A DNA stretch of 64,000 bases from Dehalococcoidia bacterium (GTDB taxonomy: Bacteria; Chloroflexota; Dehalococcoidia; Lucifugimonadales; SAR202-VII-2), in contig OZ253584.1 in the NCBI GenBank assembly GCA_965263165.1, positions 245,785 to 309,784 of the forward strand, read 5' to 3'. A program made the position numbers and the translations under genes. Of this stretch, positions 38,700 through 46,834 are shown one piece after another. Position 1 is the first letter of the stretch. Every line of letters begins with the position of its first letter. The notes under the pieces are model-generated. The model saw only the letters and a program-made list of their open reading frames with translations, made no database searches and was not told where the DNA came from.

Positions 38700-39081
38700 G
38701 GTTCCGTTTGCTTCTAGCGTATGCCTTATGTGAAGGAGGAAGTATGACAACTAATGACTCTGGCAAGCTGAATATGGGAGGGGTAAGTGCTATTAAAGAA
38801 ATTACTGCTCTCCCACCCAACGAGTGGACGCCGAGGCAGAGGGACCGTCTAGCCACCTGCCTAGCGGCGCTTGCCCACCAACCTAGCAGGTGGTACTCGT
38901 ATCAAGATTGGGGGGCTGGCGGTCCTGTCAGGTTTCTAGGGCGGCGGGGCATAGAGTTTTCACCCGTCCCTAATCCTCGGCCAGTGAGTCGGTCTTACTA
39001 TAATGGCTGCGGCTGCAAAGAATCGCACTGGCGGTTGATCGGCACGGTCTAAATTGCGATACGCTAAAAGCAAACGGAACC
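38700..39081. mobile_element. 382-bp MITE-like element with 23-bp TIRs, 8-bp TSD and a passenger ORF
   Basis: Left TIR GGTTCCGTTTGCTTCTAGCGTAT (38700-38722). The right TIR is the reverse complement of 39059-39081, GGTTCCGTTTGCTTTTAGCGTAT (22/23 identical). Flanked by the direct repeat CCTCCGCC (38692-38699 and 39082-39089). Confidence 0.7.
38744..39052 (+). CDS. hypothetical protein (102 aa) carried inside the MITE-like element
   Basis: ATG lies 5 nt after GAAGGAGGAAG. MTTNDSGKLNMGG...NGCGCKESHW. No family recognised. Confidence 0.45.
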   Translation: MTTNDSGKLNMGGVSAIKEITALPPNEWTPRQRDRLATCLAALAHQPSRWYSYQDWGAGGPVRFLGRRGIEFSPVPNPRPVSRSYYNGCGCKESHWRLIGTV

Positions 39082-39120
39082 CCTCCGCCAGTTTCGGTCG
39101 TCCCGCCAAGGGAATCCCCT

Positions 39121-39879
39121 TCACCGTCTGACGACGCCCTGGGGGTCTCGCCTCGACGCCCTGCGGTTGAGGGCGTGGTCGAGGATCCCGAAGGCCAAGC
39201 GGATGCCCAGCTCCGCCACCCTTTGGGACGGCTCCTCCTCCTGCTTGAGCAGGGCGTGGGCGATGAGGTCGGCCATCTGTAGCAGGTCGTCGTCCTGGGA
39301 GCTTCGGAAGGAGGGGCCGCCGATGATCCGCTCTATGGGGATGTCCTTCGTGGCCTGGCCGTCCTCCCAGACCTCGTACCTGCTGGGCACGGGGTTGCGG
39401 CTCCTGAGCCTGCCGTAGAGCCGCCTGACCATCCGCTCCCCTCCCTCGTCGAAGATGAGGTGGGCGTAGCGTCCGTCCGCCGCGACGGACGAGTTGATGC
39501 GGTTGAGCAGCCGGTTCAGGCTGACCTGTTCGTAGCCCTTTACGTCGGCCTTGCGCAGGCAGACGTTGACGACCTCGATGCCGCCCAGGGAATGGGCGGC
39601 GTTCTCTATGATGCGCAGGCCGTCCATGAAGATCTCGGCTCCCTGCTCCGGGGTGAGCCTGCGGCCGGTGTTGTCGATGCGGGCCAGCTTGCCCCGTCCG
39701 GCCAGCAGGTCGCAGGCGTGCAGCTCCCGGCTGGTCGGGACGCTGTAGTCGCCCGCCAACGCCGTGCGCCAGTCCTGGATGCGGCCATGCAGGCCGTTCC
39801 ATCGCTCGGCGTTCACGCCCAGGGCGGAGCGGACGTAGTAGCGGGGACCCTCGGACTCGTCGATGTAATAGATTCTCAT
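39121..39879 (-). CDS. DUF3800 domain protein
   Basis: MRIYYIDESEGPRYYV...LIFDEG...LQMADLIAHAL fits the DUF3800 pattern (YiDESG...D...aDlia). Real start is ATG 39879, with an ATGA overlap with the upstream gene. Confidence 0.65.
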   Translation of the reverse strand: MRIYYIDESEGPRYYVRSALGVNAERWNGLHGRIQDWRTALAGDYSVPTSRELHACDLLAGRGKLARIDNTGRRLTPEQGAEIFMDGLRIIENAAHSLGGIEVVNVCLRKADVKGYEQVSLNRLLNRINSSVAADGRYAHLIFDEGGERMVRRLYGRLRSRNPVPSRYEVWEDGQATKDIPIERIIGGPSFRSSQDDDLLQMADLIAHALLKQEEEPSQRVAELGIRLAFGILDHALNRRASRRDPQGVVRR

Positions 39880-41552
39880 GGCCTTGGTTCTCCTTGCATG
39901 TCGGTCAGGGGGCGCACCGGCTCGAACCCGCCGCCCGGGGCGAACCATGCCCGTCCCAGCGGCCCCTCCCGCTCGACCAGCTCCCGGTGGGAGGCCAGCA
40001 GGGGAACGGCGGTCCTGAGACGGTCCATCTCCACCTGCGCCACTCTCAGGAAGTGGGTCTGTGCGATGTCGTCGTCGAAGACGACCAGGACGACGGGCGG
40101 CGCGCCGTGGTCGTCGATGGGCCGATGGGACGAGTAGTAGCGCAGGTATGGGGCGAGCCGCGCCGCCATGGTGACCGGCCGAACCGCCCTTCGCTCCCAC
40201 TCAAGGAAGAAGGGCCATGCGGTCCTGCCGCGCCTGAGCATCCCGAAGGCGTCGGGGTGCACCGAGCGCCTCCCGCCGAAGTAGCGGAAGTAGCGGGAGG
40301 CCCTTCGGGGCGGGTCGAGCTGGTCGATATCCCAGCCCAGGTCGCGGGCCTGCCGGGAGAGGGCCGCCGCGAAACCGTGGACGGCTGCGGTGTGCTGCAT
40401 GTCGCGGAGGAGCTGCCGGCTGCGCCTGCCGGAGACGCTGCGCCAGTCGGCTGCGGCCCCGGAGTCGGGGGGAGCGGCGCTCCACCGCTTCTTCGCCCCG
40501 GCGACGGCGGCCCGGTCCCTGCGGGCCAGAAGGGTCAGCCCCGCGTCGGTGAGCACCAGCCGCCGCTCTGCGGAGGGGACGCGGGCGGCCAGCCCGAAGC
40601 CCTCAAGGGCCGTGGTTAGCTGGGAGGCGCGCTGGTTGGTGACGCCCAGCAGCCCGGCGAGGTCGCCCAGGGCGAGCCAGGGCCAGTCGGAGAGCAGGTC
40701 GAGGGCGCGCTTCTCGGCGGGCTTCAGCAGGGCGGGCAGCATGTGCTCGGGGACGCCCCGTCCGCCCCCCCTGTCGTCGATGTCCTCGGGCATGGAGACC
40801 CGCGCCAGGGGCCGCTCGGCGGGGAGCGCGCCCCTGCGTTCGATCCGGTCGATGGCGTCCCGCAGGCTGACAGCGGCGTTGACCGAGGACAGCCGCCACA
40901 CCGGGTCGTCGGTGGCCGCTGCCGCCGCCGCCCGCTCCAGTGCGAGGACCGTTGGCGTGGACGCCCGGCGCAGAATCCCTCGGGCGTAGCGCAGCCGGGT
41001 CTCGTCGGGGAGGACGAGCAGGATTCCGCCGGGCTGCGGCCCGTCCCTGAGCCGCCCGATCCGCTTGGAGAAGCCGGTGCGGTCGGTGACGTGGCCCTGC
41101 CGGACGATGCCGATGGTCCTCCCGTCGGGAAGGATGATGGCGGCGTCCATCGGCATGGCGCGGTACCAGCGGAAGCGGATGGGGTGGTGGATGTTGGCGA
41201 CGGCGGAGGCCAGGCGGTAGATGACCGCCACGGCGTCGAGCCTCTCCAGGAGGACGCGCCGCCACCGGGCAGCCAACGGGTAGCTGCGGAGCAGCCGATC
41301 CGGGGTGAGGTCTTCCTCCTGGGCCAGGCGGCGCAGGCCGTCTGCGGTGAGGTGGAACCTGCGGGTGGGGGCAACGAGCTCCGTCCCGTGGGGTACGGAG
41401 GCGATCAGCCCCGCGTCCTCCAGCTGGCGGGCGGCCTCGTAGACCGCGCTCTGGGACCAGCCGGAGAGGGCGGTCATCTCCAGCCGGTCGAGAAAGGGCA
41501 TGGCGGCGAGGCGGCGAAGCAGCTCCCGCCTCCCCCCGGTGAGCGGCCTCAT
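39876..41552 (-). CDS. replication-relaxation (Replic_Relax) family protein with two winged-helix modules
   Basis: Two wHTH-like segments (LLRRLAAMPFLDRLEMTALSG...LEDAGLI and ALDLLSDWPWLALGDLAGLLGV...LEGFGLA). C-terminal ...HPDAFGML...WPFFLEWERR...APYLRYY is typical of the family. Confidence 0.7.
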   Translation of the reverse strand: MRPLTGGRRELLRRLAAMPFLDRLEMTALSGWSQSAVYEAARQLEDAGLIASVPHGTELVAPTRRFHLTADGLRRLAQEEDLTPDRLLRSYPLAARWRRVLLERLDAVAVIYRLASAVANIHHPIRFRWYRAMPMDAAIILPDGRTIGIVRQGHVTDRTGFSKRIGRLRDGPQPGGILLVLPDETRLRYARGILRRASTPTVLALERAAAAAATDDPVWRLSSVNAAVSLRDAIDRIERRGALPAERPLARVSMPEDIDDRGGGRGVPEHMLPALLKPAEKRALDLLSDWPWLALGDLAGLLGVTNQRASQLTTALEGFGLAARVPSAERRLVLTDAGLTLLARRDRAAVAGAKKRWSAAPPDSGAAADWRSVSGRRSRQLLRDMQHTAAVHGFAAALSRQARDLGWDIDQLDPPRRASRYFRYFGGRRSVHPDAFGMLRRGRTAWPFFLEWERRAVRPVTMAARLAPYLRYYSSHRPIDDHGAPPVVLVVFDDDIAQTHFLRVAQVEMDRLRTAVPLLASHRELVEREGPLGRAWFAPGGGFEPVRPLTDMQGEPRP

Positions 41553-44152
41553 TCCTCAAGCTCCTCGTCCGCGGCCCCGTCCGGCGTCTCCGGGGAGTCG
41601 TCCCCAGGGTTCTGGTCCCGCTTGCTGCGCTGCTTGCGCCGGGCCTGCTCCTGGGGCTGGCCGCCGCTCTCCGCCGTCTCGGTGTCCTGGCCCTTCCTGA
41701 GCTTCTCCAGCTCCTCGCGGTACCTGTCCACCAGGTCTTGCATTTCCGCGTCCCGCCGTTCGATGTCGCTGGCCGGTGTTAGGTAGCTCTCGGCCAGGTC
41801 GCGGATGCGCTCAGCTGTGTCGGCGTCTCCCGGCTCCGGCTTTGCGACCTTCATGGAGAAAGCGTCCATACGCTCCGTCCCCACGGTGGCGCGGACGTAG
41901 CACTGGTGGACCGGCAGGGACGTGATGTCGTCCTCGGTCACCCGCTCCTTGCCCAGCTCCCACACCAGGGTCCGGGCGTCGTTGCCGGCCACCTGGAAGA
42001 CGGCGAGGCATCCCACGTTGGCGAGGATGGTGTCGCGCATGGTGGGGGAGAGGTCGTCCAGCTTCGCCAGGCTCTGGGTGGCGAGCACGAAGCTGGCCCC
42101 AAACTTGCCAAGCTCGGACAACATGCTCTCGTAGTCCACGCCGGGCATGGACTGCATCTCGTCCACCACGACCAGCGCGCCGCGCCGCTGCTCGAAGGGC
42201 AGGCTGCCCTGCTCCCGTATCACGGCGTCCACCAGGTTGAGGAGGGAGGCGCCCACCAGGGCGGCCACGTCCCTTCCCGCCTTGCCCTGGGCGGTGGAGA
42301 CCAGCAGGATGCCGCCGTCGTGGATGGTGCGGCGCATGTCGATAGTGGAGCGGGGCTGGCCCAGGATGGCCCGCGCCCGCTTGGAGGATGCGTAGTAGGA
42401 GAGGCGGGTCTGGACCGGGGCCAGGGCGTCGGCGCGGGTCTCGCGCCGCCAGCCGAAGAAGTCCCTGGCCCACCACTGCATCAGGTAGGGGTCGTTGACC
42501 TTCGCCAGTACCTCGGCGCGGAATCCGTCGTCGGCCAGGATGCGCAGCCCGTCGAGGATGGTGTACTGCTCGCCCGCGTCCCTGCTCTCGTTGGCCTCGT
42601 GGAGGGTCTTCACCGTCTGTTCGAGGATGGACTGCATCCTCGGCCCCCACTGGTCCCACAGGCCCTTGGCGATGCGCACGACGGAATCGGCGGTGCGGTC
42701 GCGGTCGGAGAAGATGCGGGTGTCCAGAAGGTTGACGCCGGGCGCTCCCCGCTCGTCGGCCAGGTCGATGAGCCGCACCTGCTCGATGAGGGACTCCGGG
42801 ACGTGTTGGAGCAGGCCGCCCACCAGGTCGGCGTGGGGGTCCACGACGACGATGGCGTCTCCGTCCCTGCCCTCGGCCTTCTCCCGCATCTTGTGGACGA
42901 CGAGGTGGTGCATCAGGGTGGACTTGCCCATGCGGGTGCGGGCGACGTAGAGGTGGTGGCGTCTCAGCAGGTCGGCGGGGAAGTGAATCTTCCTGGGCGT
43001 TCCGGTGGTGGTGTCGCCGACGTGGGCGCCGCCGCTGACGCTGAGGGCGGTAGGCAGCAGCACCTTGGCCCCGGCGCGGGCCACGAGTGGCGTCTCGTCC
43101 CTGGCTCCCGGCGGGTGCCACAGGCAGGCCGCCTCGCGGACGCCCAGGACGCTGCGCTTGCCGAACAGGCCGGGGCCTGACGGGTGGAGCACCTGGGGGT
43201 CGGGCACGGCGGGCCGCACCCGGCTCACGTCGAGGCGCGCGCCCGCGGGGTTGTCATAGTCGCGGTAAGCGGCGGCCACCGGCTCCAGCAGCTCATTCGC
43301 CCGGTGGGGCCGGGTGTTCCGGGGCAGGACCACCGTCACCTGAACCTCGGCGTCGAAGGCGATGCGGGAGACCTTCTCCTTGATGAGGATCGGGTCGAAG
43401 ACCCGCTTGCGGGCCTTCTTCCAGCGGTGCCAGGCCCAGCCGCCCACGGCCAGGGCGAGGGCGACGCCCGCGCCCATGAGCACGGCCTTCCATGTCTCCC
43501 CCGCCTGCACCCACAGGTAGCCCCGGAGGGCGGCCAGAGCCGCCACGCCCAGCACGGCCATCGTCATGCCGTCGGTCTGGAGGGGCTTGGTCTGATAGGT
43601 GTAGGCGGGGTCTCGCCGGTCCTCCACGGGCCGCTTGTGGGCCTTCTCCAGGTGGGACTCCGACCAGTCGGGTCCCATCGAGCGCAGCATCAGCCGCGCC
43701 ACGATGCGCTCCCCCTCGTTGAGATTGGACAGCGCGCCCATGAGGGCGATGAGGGGGTCGGAGCCGGGGTCGAGCAGGTCGTCGTCCCGGAAGACCCGGA
43801 GAGGCACGTACTCGGGGCCGTCGGACCGGAGCGTCATGCTCCACGCCTGCTCGTCCTCGGCCAGGCGCAGGGGGTCGTCCTCGGCGGGAATCTCCTGTAT
43901 CTGGGCCTGGGGGTAGCGGGCGGCGATCTGGGAGCGCACCACCTGGTCGTCCAGGCAGCGGGCCAAGAGCGTTACGCCGTCGGCGTCCCCGGCAAGCTCC
44001 AGGGAGAAGGGTTCGGGGACGGCGATGGAGCCGAGCATGTTCTCGACTCCCAGGAGCGTTCTCTCCCCGGTCCGGGGCGGCGTCACCGCCAACAGCGCCG
44101 GGGGTTTCTTGGCCTCGTTGTTCAGCAGCCACTTGATGGGGTTCGCTTTCAT
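41549..44152 (-). CDS. type IV coupling protein (VirD4/TraD-TraG-like ATPase)
   Basis: N-terminal TM hairpin, Walker A ARTRMGKST, Walker B LVVVDEMQS. Real start is ATG 44152 (MKANPIKW). Confidence 0.85.
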   Translation of the reverse strand: MKANPIKWLLNNEAKKPPALLAVTPPRTGERTLLGVENMLGSIAVPEPFSLELAGDADGVTLLARCLDDQVVRSQIAARYPQAQIQEIPAEDDPLRLAEDEQAWSMTLRSDGPEYVPLRVFRDDDLLDPGSDPLIALMGALSNLNEGERIVARLMLRSMGPDWSESHLEKAHKRPVEDRRDPAYTYQTKPLQTDGMTMAVLGVAALAALRGYLWVQAGETWKAVLMGAGVALALAVGGWAWHRWKKARKRVFDPILIKEKVSRIAFDAEVQVTVVLPRNTRPHRANELLEPVAAAYRDYDNPAGARLDVSRVRPAVPDPQVLHPSGPGLFGKRSVLGVREAACLWHPPGARDETPLVARAGAKVLLPTALSVSGGAHVGDTTTGTPRKIHFPADLLRRHHLYVARTRMGKSTLMHHLVVHKMREKAEGRDGDAIVVVDPHADLVGGLLQHVPESLIEQVRLIDLADERGAPGVNLLDTRIFSDRDRTADSVVRIAKGLWDQWGPRMQSILEQTVKTLHEANESRDAGEQYTILDGLRILADDGFRAEVLAKVNDPYLMQWWARDFFGWRRETRADALAPVQTRLSYYASSKRARAILGQPRSTIDMRRTIHDGGILLVSTAQGKAGRDVAALVGASLLNLVDAVIREQGSLPFEQRRGALVVVDEMQSMPGVDYESMLSELGKFGASFVLATQSLAKLDDLSPTMRDTILANVGCLAVFQVAGNDARTLVWELGKERVTEDDITSLPVHQCYVRATVGTERMDAFSMKVAKPEPGDADTAERIRDLAESYLTPASDIERRDAEMQDLVDRYREELEKLRKGQDTETAESGGQPQEQARRKQRSKRDQNPGDDSPETPDGAADEELEE

Positions 44153-44205
44153 TCGCTTGCTCCTTTCTCTATCGGTTCTCTCGCCTTGCGGTCGTTCGGT
44201 CGCTC

Positions 44206-46479
44206 CTAGTGACGACCGGGCCGCCACTCGATCACCTCCGTCTCCTCCGGCGTGGCCTCGATGCGGACCGGGAAGCGGTTGCCCTTTGCCAGCAGCAGCC
44301 CGTCTCCCCTGGGGCAGGAGAGCAGCCAGCGTTGCAGGTCCTGGGGAAGGTCGAAGGCGTCGCCCACGGTGCCTATGGCGGCGGCGTCCTGCTGGAGCAG
44401 CAGCTTGAAGGCGGCGTTCTGTAGGAGCGCCCGCCCTGAGTGGCCGGTGATGGCGCGGGAGGTGTCCTCGGACAGAAGGTCCTGGACGTCCTGGGTGATG
44501 AACTGAAGTCCCCGGTGCTTGCGCGCCCGCTTCGCCATGCTCACCATGAAGGCCGCGCCTTCGGGGTGCTGCATGATCGACCACACCTCGTCCACCACCA
44601 GCAGGCGGGGCTTGGGGTCCTGGGCGGCTGCGGCCCACACCGTCTCGGTGCAGACCATCGCGGCGGCGGGGCGAAGCTCCGGCTCCAGGAGCCGCAGGTC
44701 GAAGACGGTGATCAGGGCCTCGTTGGACAGCAGGTCGTCGCCCTCGTCGGAGAGGAGGTTGCGCAGGCTGCCGGTGGCGAAGGGCCGCAGCAGCCGGGCC
44801 ATGTCTTCCCCTCCCGCCTCGTCTCCTTGCAGGTACTGGTAGAAGTCGCGGAAGCCGGTGCGTTCGCGGGGCTGGGCGTAGTAGCCCGCCAGGGCGTGGT
44901 CGAGGGCGGCCCTTCGCTCCGCGCTCAGCCGCTCCCCCACCATCACCTCGATGAGCCGGCGCAGGCTGCCGATGCGTTGGAGCAGCTCCTCGGAGTCGCC
45001 CTTGTCGATGACGAAGGGGTTCATGCCCTGGCCGGGAATGCCGGGAGAGAGGACGCGCCCGCCCGCCGCCCTCGCCATGTCCGCGTACTCACCTTCGGGG
45101 TCGATGACGTAGGCGGTGATGCCCCTGGTAAGGCCCCGCAGCATTCCCAGCTTCGTTGCGAAGCTCTTGCCGCTGCCCGACCTTGCGAGGACGGCGGTGT
45201 TGGCGTTCAGGTGCGTCCCGTCCCAGGGGTCGTAGACCACCGGGGCGCAGGCCCGCATGTCGATGCCGTAGAGGGTTCCCCTCCTGGTGTCCAGGTCGGG
45301 CGGCGAGAAGGGGAAGAGACGGGCGATGCTGGAGGTGTCCAGGGTGCGCCACTCGGCGACGGCGTTCAGGGCCAGCGGCAGCGTGGACAACAGGCCCTCG
45401 CGCTGCCGGAAGGCCAGGGCGTCGAGCTTGCCCAGGGTGGCGGCGAAGTGGGCCTTCGCCCGCTGGGTCATCTCCTTCAGGGATTTCTCGTCCCTGGCGT
45501 GCAGGGTGATTGACAGGGAGGCGTGAAAGAGCCTCTCCCGGCCCCGCTGCACCTCGTCGCGCAGGCGGGTCACGTCCTCCAGGGCGATCTCCGCCTCGGG
45601 GGACATGGTGCGCCCGCGCTTGAAGGACAGCGACTGGGCCGACTCGAAGCGGACCTTCTGCCACTCCAGCGTCCTGGCCGCCTGCTCAGCGGGTATCGAC
45701 CCCAGGTGGATGGACAGGTCCATCGGCGCGCCTGCGGCCATGAGGCTCTGGAGGAAGCCGGGGGCCAGGGACCGGGGCCACTTGCCCAGGTGGAGGGAGC
45801 GGACCAGGCGGTCGCCCACCCGCACCTCGCGGCGGCGCATCTCCACCTCCACCGGCGTCTCCTCGTCGATCTCGGCGGGGGTGCCGCCCAGGGCCGAGGC
45901 CAGCATCAGCATACGCAGACGCCTGCCGCTGAAGGGGTGGACGGACAGCCCGGCCCGCGCCAGCAGGCCGCGCAGCTCGTCGAACCGCCCGAACTCGCAC
46001 ACGGCGTAGAAGCGCCGGTCGAGGATGCCGTCGCGGGCCTCCAACTCGGTCAACAGCCTGCGAAGCGACTCCGACGCGGCCTCGGTCTGCGGCGGCAGGT
46101 TGCCCGGTTGGGCCTCCGTGAGCTTCTCCCGCAGCCCGCCAAGGCGCGGCGGGTGCTGACGGATGAGGAGCTGCACGGGGAAGTCGCAGGCGTTGAGCGC
46201 CCCGGCGAAGGCGCCCAGCTTCGGCTCGTCCAGCTCGAGCCCCATCACCTCGCACACGCCGAGCTTCACCCCGTCCAGGCGCACGGGGCCGTCCTCCTCC
46301 AGGTGGGAGAGCATGAAGAAAAGGGGCAGATCGGGCGGTGGCTTGGGAGCGGGAGGCTGGGTTCCCGTGGGTTCGGAGGCCGCATCCGCGTTGGCCTTCG
46401 CAATGTCCTGCGGAGCCTCGTCGCCCTCCGGGGGCCTCTCCGCTCCGCGTCTCTTGATTCGTTCAATCAGCTTCTTCAA
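44206..46479 (-). CDS. VirB4-like conjugation ATPase
   Basis: 757 aa. Walker A ARSGSGKSF, Walker B LLVVDEVWS. TTG start 8 nt after GGAGGAGG. Confidence 0.85.
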   Translation of the reverse strand: MKKLIERIKRRGAERPPEGDEAPQDIAKANADAASEPTGTQPPAPKPPPDLPLFFMLSHLEEDGPVRLDGVKLGVCEVMGLELDEPKLGAFAGALNACDFPVQLLIRQHPPRLGGLREKLTEAQPGNLPPQTEAASESLRRLLTELEARDGILDRRFYAVCEFGRFDELRGLLARAGLSVHPFSGRRLRMLMLASALGGTPAEIDEETPVEVEMRRREVRVGDRLVRSLHLGKWPRSLAPGFLQSLMAAGAPMDLSIHLGSIPAEQAARTLEWQKVRFESAQSLSFKRGRTMSPEAEIALEDVTRLRDEVQRGRERLFHASLSITLHARDEKSLKEMTQRAKAHFAATLGKLDALAFRQREGLLSTLPLALNAVAEWRTLDTSSIARLFPFSPPDLDTRRGTLYGIDMRACAPVVYDPWDGTHLNANTAVLARSGSGKSFATKLGMLRGLTRGITAYVIDPEGEYADMARAAGGRVLSPGIPGQGMNPFVIDKGDSEELLQRIGSLRRLIEVMVGERLSAERRAALDHALAGYYAQPRERTGFRDFYQYLQGDEAGGEDMARLLRPFATGSLRNLLSDEGDDLLSNEALITVFDLRLLEPELRPAAAMVCTETVWAAAAQDPKPRLLVVDEVWSIMQHPEGAAFMVSMAKRARKHRGLQFITQDVQDLLSEDTSRAITGHSGRALLQNAAFKLLLQQDAAAIGTVGDAFDLPQDLQRWLLSCPRGDGLLLAKGNRFPVRIEATPEETEVIEWRPGRH

Positions 46480-46498
46480 AGTGTTTTCCTCCTCCGGT

Positions 46499-46834
46499 CT
46501 AGGGGGTCGGGAAGTCCACGAGGCCGCTGCGCAGCAGCGCGGCGACCGCCTTGGCCAGAAGCACCAGCGCCAGGCCGACCACCGCCATGACGACGGCGGC
46601 CTTGGCCCTGCCGCCGCCCCGCTCCTCGGCTCCCTCGGCCATCAGGACGAAGCCCGCCCAGACGATGGCGAAGAGGCAGAGCCCGGAGGCGGCGTAGGCC
46701 ATCGCGGTGAGCACGCGGTCGAAGGCGTCCAGCATGGCCTGCTCCTCCGGCGATGGGGCCGCGCCGGTGGTCGCCAGCGCGGTCCCAATCAGAAGGGTTG
46801 CCGTCAGTAGACGCCTCACCACGGCCACTCCCAT
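46499..46834 (-). CDS. small two-TM membrane protein (TrbC/VirB2-like candidate)
   Basis: Signal-like N-terminus followed by two hydrophobic helices. Position between the PrgI-like gene and virB4. Confidence 0.45.
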   Translation of the reverse strand: MGVAVVRRLLTATLLIGTALATTGAAPSPEEQAMLDAFDRVLTAMAYAASGLCLFAIVWAGFVLMAEGAEERGGGRAKAAVVMAVVGLALVLLAKAVAALLRSGLVDFPTP

